A stretch of 3,977 bases of DNA from IMG/VR virus record IMGVR_UViG_2706794671_000011. The stretch is one strand, 5' to 3'. The notes beneath the pieces were generated by a model that worked only from the letters and a program-made list of their open reading frames with translations, was not told the origin of the DNA and ran no database searches. A program made the translations under genes and the position numbers. The DNA comes from a virus. Lineage: Duplodnaviria; Heunggongvirae; Uroviricota; Caudoviricetes. Shown here one piece after another: positions 1 to 3,977 of this stretch (position 1 is its first letter; every line of letters begins with the position of its first letter).

Positions 1-33
1 TGTGCCCCCATCGCGCTGGTTAAGAAAACAAGC

Positions 34-1017
34 TCAGATTTTTTGTAAAGAATCTGTCACGCTAAAAGATGTCGAACAAAAATTAACCACAATCATCATC
101 TTTTTTGCATCAACTNNNNNNNNNNNNNNNNNNNNNNNNNNNNNNNNNNNNNNNNNNNNNNNNNNNNNNNNNNNNNNNNNNNNNNNNNNNNNNNNNNNNN
201 NNNNNNNNNNNNNNNNNNNNNNNNNNNNNNNNNNNNNNNNNNNNNNNNNNNNNNNNNNNNNNNNNNNNNNNNNNNNNNNNNNNNNNNNNNNNNNNNNNNN
301 NNNNNNNNNNNNNNNNNNNNNNNNNNNNNNNNNNNNNNNNNNNNNNNNNNNNNNNNNNNNNNNNNNNNNNNNNNNNNNGTCATTACCGTCAAGATAAGCC
401 ACCTCAATTGTGTCCGTTCCCTGTGCTGAAAGCATGTACCATTGCTTATCACTGACTTCATCAAGGCGGGGATCGACAATAATATCCAGTTGTTTGTGGT
501 ACGGGTTATATGAACCACTGTTTGTATCGGCACCGAAAGGCGTGGTTGAGTTAACCATTTGCAACGCTCTGTCTTCCAGAGCCGCAGGAACAAGAAGGAA
601 TTTTGGCACAATATTCAGCACCTCACCGTTTTCATCCCTCTGTGTGCGCATTGCACGGCGTGCAATGCCAAGCCCTGTAGTGCTGACTCCGTTATCAATA
701 TCATTTCCGTGTTTTTTGCTGAACAGCGGTATACCGTCAGAAAGCTTTGTGTTTCCTGTCAGCACCAGATGAACCAGATTACCCACCGTTCTGGCGGCTG
801 CTCGCCCCATTGCCTGTGGGATAACTGTTAACTGATTCAGGTCATCGTTAATAATCGCCTGTCGGGTAATGCTGAAAATATTTCCGTAAGTTGCCAGCGC
901 GATTGGTTCGCCACGGTCACTGGTGGTGATGTATTTATATTCCGCGCCTTCCGGCACTTTGTTTAATGTAGAGAAGCCATTCAGGCCAACACGACGTGCC
1001 TCATGGAAGTTTGACAA
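34..1017 (-). CDS. Putative phage major capsid protein; N-terminal ~213 aa visible (379-1017), middle masked by Ns, C-terminus uncertain
   Basis: Long minus-strand ORF directly downstream of the prohead protease gene, the canonical position of the major capsid gene. Codon usage is protein-like. The frame has no ATG or GTG for the first ~70 codons; the first possible start is TTG at 1015-1017 with AAGG 4 nt upstream. Frame continuity across the 263-nt N block (116-378) cannot be verified, so the stop at 34-36 is provisional. Confidence 0.55.
   Translation of the reverse strand: MSNFHEARRVGLNGFSTLNKVPEGAEYKYITTSDRGEPIALATYGNIFSITRQAIINDDLNQLTVIPQAMGRAAARTVGNLVHLVLTGNTKLSDGIPLFSKKHGNDIDNGVSTTGLGIARRAMRTQRDENGEVLNIVPKFLLVPAALEDRALQMVNSTTPFGADTNSGSYNPYHKQLDIIVDPRLDEVSDKQWYMLSAQGTDTIEVAYLDGNDXXXXXXXXXXXXXXXXXXXXXXXXXXXXXXXXXXXXXXXXXXXXXXXXXXXXXXXXXXXXXXXXXXXXXXXXXXXXXXXXXXXXXXXXVDAKKMMIVVNFCSTSFSVTDSLQKI
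116..378. other. N-masked block (263 nt) inside the capsid ORF
   Basis: Run of n characters; no sequence information available. Confidence 1.
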
Positions 1018-2126
1018 TGAACCTTTTTTCGTCCACTGGCGGAACGTTTCGCCGCTGTGTTCACGGATTTTTCAGCACCACCAGCAAGGATATAAGTAAA
1101 ATCGCTGCTGCTGTGGGTGAATGCCGCGTTTACTATCTGCGAGCGTGTGCTGTAGCTGCCTGTGCTTATGCCGCGATGGGTTAATGATGCCTGTGCCATA
1201 TCGAAAAGGCTCATCATGGCGTAAGGGTTGCCGCGTTCTGCCTGTTCATGTCCCAGACGCGCATTAAGCCCCTGACGCATTGCATCGCCGGTTATGTTGC
1301 CGTTATCCGTGTACGCGTAGTAAAGATTTGCGGGGGTGGTTTTGTTTGTCGGTGTCGATTCTTTACCCATAGTGAGTAAAAGGCGTTCGCGTGCATCCTC
1401 AACGCTACAGCCTGAATCAGCAAGACAACTTATAGCCAGGTCGTTATATCTTCCATTGAACGTGCCAAACAATTCACGTATCCCGTTGAGTCGTTCCTGT
1501 TCTCCGCTGCCAGTTTTCTGGCTGATCATGCTTTTAATATTTTCCGGCATATTCGAAAAATCTCCGATTCGTTTTGATTCAATTCTGGCCATTGCTGTAA
1601 TCGCGGGTATAACCTCATCTGCGAAGCCATTAGCCTTACACTCATTGCCATCCATCCAGGTTTCCGCCTCCATCATGGCGGTGATTTCCTGTTTGCTCCT
1701 GCCCGTTCTTCCGGCGTAGGTTTCCGCCATCGTGTCGCCCAGCTTGTCCATCAGGTCAGCAAAGCGGCGAACGTCGCCCGACACTCCGGCAGTAACACCA
1801 CGGGGGGCATGTATCATCATCATCGCGTTTTCAGGCATAACGATGTGATCGCCACACATGGCAATAAACGAGGCCATAGAAGCCGCCATGCCTTCAATGT
1901 GTACAATTTTCTTTGCCGGATGATTTTTCAGGGCGTTATAGATAGCCAGCCCTTCAAAGATGTCGCCACCAGGTGAATGGATGCGAAGATGGATTTCAGG
2001 CACATTACCGCACGCGTTGATCTCGTCAGTAAGTGCCGATGCTTTTACACCGTACCCGCCGATCTCGTCATAAATGCGTACATGTACAACATCAGCCATA
2101 GCCTTAATGGAAAACCATGTTTTCAT
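981..2126 (-). CDS. ClpP/S14-family prohead (head maturation) serine protease with ~190-aa C-terminal scaffold-like or capsid-N-terminal extension
   Basis: 381-aa ORF with ATG at 2124-2126 and a strong SD (AGGAG, 7-nt spacer). The N-terminal half has the ClpP-like core, including HSPGGDIFEGLAIYNAL and GMAASMASFIAMCGDHIVMPENAMMMIHAPRG, which resembles the ClpP active-site serine region (CMGQAASMGAFLL...VMIHQPLGG). The start overlaps the stop of the upstream small ORF as ATGA (2123-2126). Confidence 0.85.
   Translation of the reverse strand: MKTWFSIKAMADVVHVRIYDEIGGYGVKASALTDEINACGNVPEIHLRIHSPGGDIFEGLAIYNALKNHPAKKIVHIEGMAASMASFIAMCGDHIVMPENAMMMIHAPRGVTAGVSGDVRRFADLMDKLGDTMAETYAGRTGRSKQEITAMMEAETWMDGNECKANGFADEVIPAITAMARIESKRIGDFSNMPENIKSMISQKTGSGEQERLNGIRELFGTFNGRYNDLAISCLADSGCSVEDARERLLLTMGKESTPTNKTTPANLYYAYTDNGNITGDAMRQGLNARLGHEQAERGNPYAMMSLFDMAQASLTHRGISTGSYSTRSQIVNAAFTHSSSDFTYILAGGAEKSVNTAAKRSASGRKKVHCQTSMRHVVLA
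1023..1029 (-). other. A_AAA_AAG slippery heptamer in phase with the protease frame; candidate -1 programmed ribosomal frameshift site or indel-prone A6 homopolymer
   Basis: Minus-strand protease codons are CGA AAA AAG GTT (plus 1023-1031), so the heptamer is in X_XXY_YYZ phase. A -1 slip then reads GGT TCA TTG TCA AAC = G S L S N, which is exactly the capsid ORF frame. Confidence 0.35.
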
Positions 2127-2317
2127 AGCCAGGCTCCTAACGTTGCCCTGTACCAGTATTCAACCGCGCTTCTCGCAATCTGCCCTTTCGTGGGTACTGG
2201 CATTCCAGGGTGATGACTTTTAATGAACTGCTGATAGCGTTCGAGCTTCTCCATAGTTCCGGCGTCTATGTGCACTGTTGCACTTTTATCCGGTTTTCTG
2301 CTGTTGTTCTCTGGCAT
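2123..2317 (-). CDS. Small hypothetical protein (64 aa from ATG at 2315-2317; 75 aa if the upstream ATG at 2348-2350 is used), first gene of the head operon
   Basis: Minus-strand ORF. GGAGG (plus 2325-2329 as CCTCC) sits 7 nt upstream of the internal ATG, whereas the first ATG at 2350 has no SD. The stop overlaps the protease start (ATGA), implying translational coupling. No recognisable family by eye. Confidence 0.5.
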   Translation of the reverse strand: MPENNSRKPDKSATVHIDAGTMEKLERYQQFIKSHHPGMPVPTKGQIARSAVEYWYRATLGAWL

Positions 2318-2348
2318 AAGTCTGCCTCCGTTATGATTAACGGGCATC

Positions 2349-2420
2349 ATTATTGATCGATAAAACTGGTAAATAAATCATTTTCTATCTAAAAATCAGA
2401 TTATGTGTTTTCTGATTTTT
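2349..2420 (-). promoter_or_regulatory. Candidate activator-dependent promoter for the head operon: -10-like AATAAT (minus, plus coords 2349-2354), no convincing -35, with a perfect inverted repeat centred about 60 bp upstream
   Basis: On the minus strand AATAAT matches TATAAT 5/6. The -35 position (TTTATT) is poor. The perfect dyad AAAAATCAGA-N10-TCTGATTTTT (2391-2420) lies where class I / late-gene activators typically bind. Confidence 0.25.
2391..2420. repeat. Perfect 10-bp inverted repeat AAAAATCAGA / TCTGATTTTT with 10-nt spacer
   Basis: Read directly: 2391-2400 aaaaatcaga, 2411-2420 tctgattttt (exact reverse complement). It sits in the intergenic region between the SSB and head operons. 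The stem is AT-rich, so it is more likely a protein-binding operator than a strong terminator. Confidence 0.6.
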
Positions 2421-2438
2421 GTCATACCAGCAAAAGAA

Positions 2439-2467
2439 TTGACTAATTATTGCCAAGCCAGCACAAT
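2439..2467 (+). promoter_or_regulatory. Weak sigma70-like promoter candidate on the plus strand (TTGACT -17 bp- CACAAT)
   Basis: -35 TTGACT (2439-2444) matches 5/6, the spacer is 17 bp, and the -10 CACAAT (2462-2467) matches 4/6 with the conserved A2 and T6 present. It would initiate near 2474, about 40 nt upstream of the terminator hairpin. Confidence 0.25.
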
Positions 2468-2511
2468 TAAGACTCATCATTTCGGTAGTGGCAGTATCCT
2501 TTGTCGCTGAC

Positions 2512-2549
2512 AAAGCGCCTCCGGTGGCACCATCGGGGCGCTTTTTTTT
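2512..2549 (+). terminator. Intrinsic-terminator-like hairpin: AAAGCGCC stem, 17-nt loop, GGCGCTTT stem, followed by a T8 run (plus orientation); A-tract/stem/short U-tract in minus orientation
   Basis: 2512-2519 aaagcgcc pairs with 2537-2544 ggcgcttt, with Ts through 2549. A short 7-bp inverted repeat CTTTGTC-gct-GACAAAG (2499-2515) sits immediately upstream. Confidence 0.5.
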
Positions 2550-2559
2550 GCGCCTGTTT

Positions 2560-2831
2560 NNNNNNNNNNNNNNNNNNNNNNNNNNNNNNNNNNNNNNNNN
2601 NNNNNNNNNNNNNNNNNNNNNNNNNNNNNNNNNNNNNNNNNNNNNNNNNNNNNNNNNNNNNNNNNNNNNNNNNNNNNNNNNNNNNNNNNNNNNNNNNNNN
2701 NNNNNNNNNNNNNNNNNNNNNNNNNNNNNNNNNNNNNNNNNNNNNNNNNNNNNNNNNNNNNNNNNNNNNNNNNNNNNNNNNNNNNNNNNNNNNNNNNNNN
2801 NNNNNNNNNNNNNNNNNNNNNNNNNNNNNNN
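2560..2831. other. N-masked block (272 nt) covering the C-terminal part of the SSB-like gene and adjacent sequence
   Basis: Run of n characters; no sequence information available. Confidence 1.
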
Positions 2832-3150
2832 GTCGCGCCGTTCTGGCACTGATTACACTGTCTGCGATAACCTGCCAGCCCTGCCGCGTTTCTCCGTTCT
2901 GGCCTGTCCACTGGCTTACCTGCATGTTACCCGCCACGCTCACCAGCTCGCCTTTCTGGTGCTTTGCCAGTGCGTCAGCCTGTCTGCCAAACGCCAGGAC
3001 GGATAACCATATCGTCGCCGTTCCGTCATCTGCCTGGCTGCACGGCAGGGGAACCGCCATACTCGCCATCGTCATTTGCGTACCCTTGCTGGTGGTCTTT
3101 AACTGCGGGTCAGCCACCAGCCGCCCGTAAGCCGCTATCTGTGCTGTCAT
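2832..3150 (-). CDS. Single-stranded DNA-binding protein-like (OB-fold) protein, N-terminal ~106 aa visible; C-terminus lies inside the N-masked block
   Basis: ATG at 3148-3150 with GGAG upstream. The N-terminus MTAQIAAYGRLVADPQ...WLSVLAFGRQADALAKHQKGELVSVAGNMQVSQWTGQNGETRQGWQVIADSV aligns by eye with the SSB OB-fold pattern of E. coli SSB (GNLGQDPEVR...[50 protein letters not shown]). The ORF-track extension to 2467 passes through Ns and is not trusted. Confidence 0.65.
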
Positions 3151-3392
3151 GCTGTCTGCTCTCCGGTTTTAACGTTGATGGTTGTCACCTGTTCCGCTTC
3201 GGCAATCTCCCGTTCTGTCAGCGTGGCAAAGTTTGCCGCCGTCGTGGTCATGAATGCGCTTATCAGTTCGGGATGTGCTTTCGCGTATCCTTCCCCGGCG
3301 TTGCGGTCGATGATTTTTATCGCCACCCTCAGCCAGTGTTCTGTCAAATCAAGGGCGTGAGATTGTGGTTTTTTGGCGTGCTTCGTTGTCAC
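3147..3392 (-). CDS. Hypothetical 81-aa protein, GTG start, translationally coupled to the SSB-like gene
   Basis: GTG at 3390-3392 is preceded by GAGGT with a 7-nt spacer. The stop TGA overlaps the SSB ATG (ATGA at 3147-3150). An in-frame stop lies 13 codons upstream of the GTG, so the start is constrained. No family recognised. Confidence 0.5.
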   Translation of the reverse strand: MTTKHAKKPQSHALDLTEHWLRVAIKIIDRNAGEGYAKAHPELISAFMTTTAANFATLTEREIAEAEQVTTINVKTGEQTA

Positions 3393-3592
3393 AGGCTTTA
3401 CCTCACAGCAATAAAATAAAATTTTTGCATTTTAACCCTTCACCTGTTCACCTTTTGCAATTTTCCCTTTTTATTCATGATGTTAATGGGTTAACAGTTT
3501 CACAAAAACTATTCACCAACTGTTCACCACTGTTCACCCTTAAAGCTCAATAAAGAATCAAAAAGGTGAACAGTGAATAGTTTGGTGAACAG

Positions 3593-3619
3593 TTCATAAA
3601 TAACTGTTCACCCTATAAT
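3593..3619 (+). promoter_or_regulatory. Sigma70-like promoter candidate embedded in the origin (TTCATA -15 bp- TATAAT) with an iteron in the spacer
   Basis: Perfect -10 TATAAT at 3614-3619. Weak -35 TTCATA at 3593-3598 with a short 15-bp spacer. Iteron TGTTCACC (3605-3612) lies between them, so initiator binding would occlude it. It points antisense to the 93-aa ORF. Confidence 0.3.
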
Positions 3620-3643
3620 ATACTGATATAAAAGACATTTATT
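3613..3643. other. AT-rich core flanked by iterons; candidate DNA unwinding element of the origin
   Basis: cctataatatactgatataaaagacatttattg is markedly AT-rich and bracketed by the forward iteron at 3605 and the reverse iterons at 3648/3658. Confidence 0.35.
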
Positions 3644-3695
3644 GCAGGGTGAACAGTGGTGAACAGTTATTCCATAAGTTTAATTTTTTCCATCG

Positions 3696-3977
3696 TCATT
3701 TGTGACCTATTGCACATGATGGCATCCAGTCTTCTGAATCCTCTGTCAGGGTCACATTTGAACGCAAACCGTGCTTCGTTTTCCGTTTCATATACTCCCT
3801 GCCATATTCCGCCATTGCCCCCGGCATATCTTTACCGAAGCGCGTCAGTGTTACAGGTTTACCGAATCCGTGTGCCCTCATATATGCCAGATAGGCGTGA
3901 TAAAGATACCTGCGCGGACTGAACGGAATAATTTCGGCATTACCCACTAACAGACCATCACACATTACCGACGACAT
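3696..3977 (-). CDS. Hypothetical 93-aa protein immediately upstream (in transcription order) of the iteron array; possibly an iteron-binding replication protein or the C-terminal part of a larger one
   Basis: Minus-strand ORF with ATG exactly at the window edge (3975-3977) and stop TGA at 3696-3698, 30 bp from the first iteron. Whether the ORF extends beyond the window cannot be determined. No family recognised. Confidence 0.45.
   Translation of the reverse strand: MSSVMCDGLLVGNAEIIPFSPRRYLYHAYLAYMRAHGFGKPVTLTRFGKDMPGAMAEYGREYMKRKTKHGLRSNVTLTEDSEDWMPSCAIGHK

Larger units (their letters stand above)
3437..3665. repeat. Iteron array of a replication origin: 8 exact copies of TGTTCACC / GGTGAACA plus 3 degenerate copies, in both orientations (phage P4 type I iteron octamer)
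   Basis: Exact forward TGTTCACC at 3445, 3521, 3531, 3605. Exact reverse GGTGAACA at 3565, 3584, 3648, 3658. Degenerate CCTTCACC at 3437, TATTCACC at 3510, AGTGAATA at 3572. Extended consensus is (A)ACTGTTCACC. Tandem pairs are spaced 10 bp apart (one helical turn). Confidence 0.8.

Noticed and set aside
1-33. Possible start (ATG at 9-11, minus strand) of another gene downstream of the capsid gene, running out of the window
   Set aside because: There is no SD, and only three codons are visible inside the window, which is too little evidence to call a feature.
96-611. ORFs whose length derives mainly from translating through N-masked bases (96..611, 105..455, 2..397, 2385..2849, 2477..2911, 2488..3006, 2501..3130)
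   Set aside because: Their open frames are artefacts of Ns being read as sense codons. The visible flanks are short and not protein-like.
410-831. Plus-strand ORFs 410..772 and 559..831 antisense to the capsid gene
   Set aside because: They are shadow ORFs within the capsid CDS, with Cys/Ser-rich non-protein-like composition and no ribosome binding sites.
996-1184. Plus-strand 62-aa ORF across the protease/capsid junction
   Set aside because: It is antisense to the protease C-terminus with no translation signals, so it is most likely spurious.
1336-1719. Plus-strand 127-aa ORF antisense to the protease gene
   Set aside because: It lies entirely inside the well-supported minus-strand protease CDS. 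The translation is low-complexity and Ser/Leu/Pro-rich, with no SD. It is a typical antisense shadow ORF.
1977-2213. Plus-strand 78-aa ORF overlapping the protease start region
   Set aside because: It is antisense to two coupled minus-strand genes and is unlikely to be coding.
2348-2350. First ATG of the 75-aa ORF as the translation start
   Set aside because: It has no SD and sits at the predicted promoter -10, whereas the internal ATG at 2315-2317 has GGAGG at ideal spacing. The internal start is preferred but not proven.
2391-2420. P2/P4-type late promoter activator site (TGT-N12-ACA)
   Set aside because: A search by eye of the intergenic region found no TGT-N12-ACA dyad. The palindrome present has a different sequence, so a direct Ogr/Delta-type site is not supported.
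2467-2831. Extension of the SSB-like ORF through the masked block to a stop at 2467
   Set aside because: Frame continuity across 272 Ns cannot be known. The post-mask tail (..RRRFVSDKGYCHYRNDES) does not resemble an SSB C-terminus and overlaps the terminator hairpin, so only 2832-3150 was annotated.
2964-3419. Plus-strand 151-aa ORF (and 3175..3360, 3365..3553) opposite the SSB-like and 81-aa genes
   Set aside because: These are antisense shadows of translationally coupled minus-strand genes with good SDs. The composition is Cys/Pro-rich and non-protein-like.
3437-3665. Reading the short repeated octamers as a CRISPR array or as DnaA boxes
   Set aside because: The repeats are 8-10 bp, occur in both orientations with irregular short spacing and no uniform spacers, which is incompatible with CRISPR. 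They do not match the DnaA box consensus TTATCCACA. Iterons are the better explanation.
3656-3922. Plus-strand 88-aa ORF starting in the iteron region
   Set aside because: It starts inside the iterons and runs antisense to the 93-aa ORF. The translation is low complexity, so it was not accepted as a gene, although the candidate promoter at 3593-3619 would transcribe this strand.

Overview
This 3977-bp window has enterobacterial-like composition and two N-masked blocks (116-378 and 2560-2831). All credible genes are on the minus strand and read right-to-left as two tightly packed modules of what looks like a phage-derived mobile element. (i) Replication module: a 93-aa ORF at the right edge, a dense array of TGTTCACC/GGTGAACA iterons with an AT-rich core (3437-3665; the octamer matches, from memory, the type I iteron of satellite phage P4 ori/crr), then an 81-aa ORF translationally coupled to an SSB-like OB-fold protein. 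(ii) Head module: a small ORF coupled to a ClpP-family prohead protease with a ~190-aa C-terminal extension, followed by a major-capsid-like ORF. The capsid ORF overlaps the protease ORF in the -1 frame exactly at an in-phase A_AAA_AAG slippery heptamer. No terminase, portal or tail genes separate the replication and capsid genes, so the layout suggests a compact satellite-like element (P4-type origin plus its own capsid genes) rather than a standard lambdoid prophage. Intergenic regions carry a perfect 10-bp inverted repeat, an intrinsic-terminator-like hairpin and weak promoter candidates. No tRNA, rRNA or CRISPR array was seen. All protein-family calls are by eye from the translations; no database search was run.
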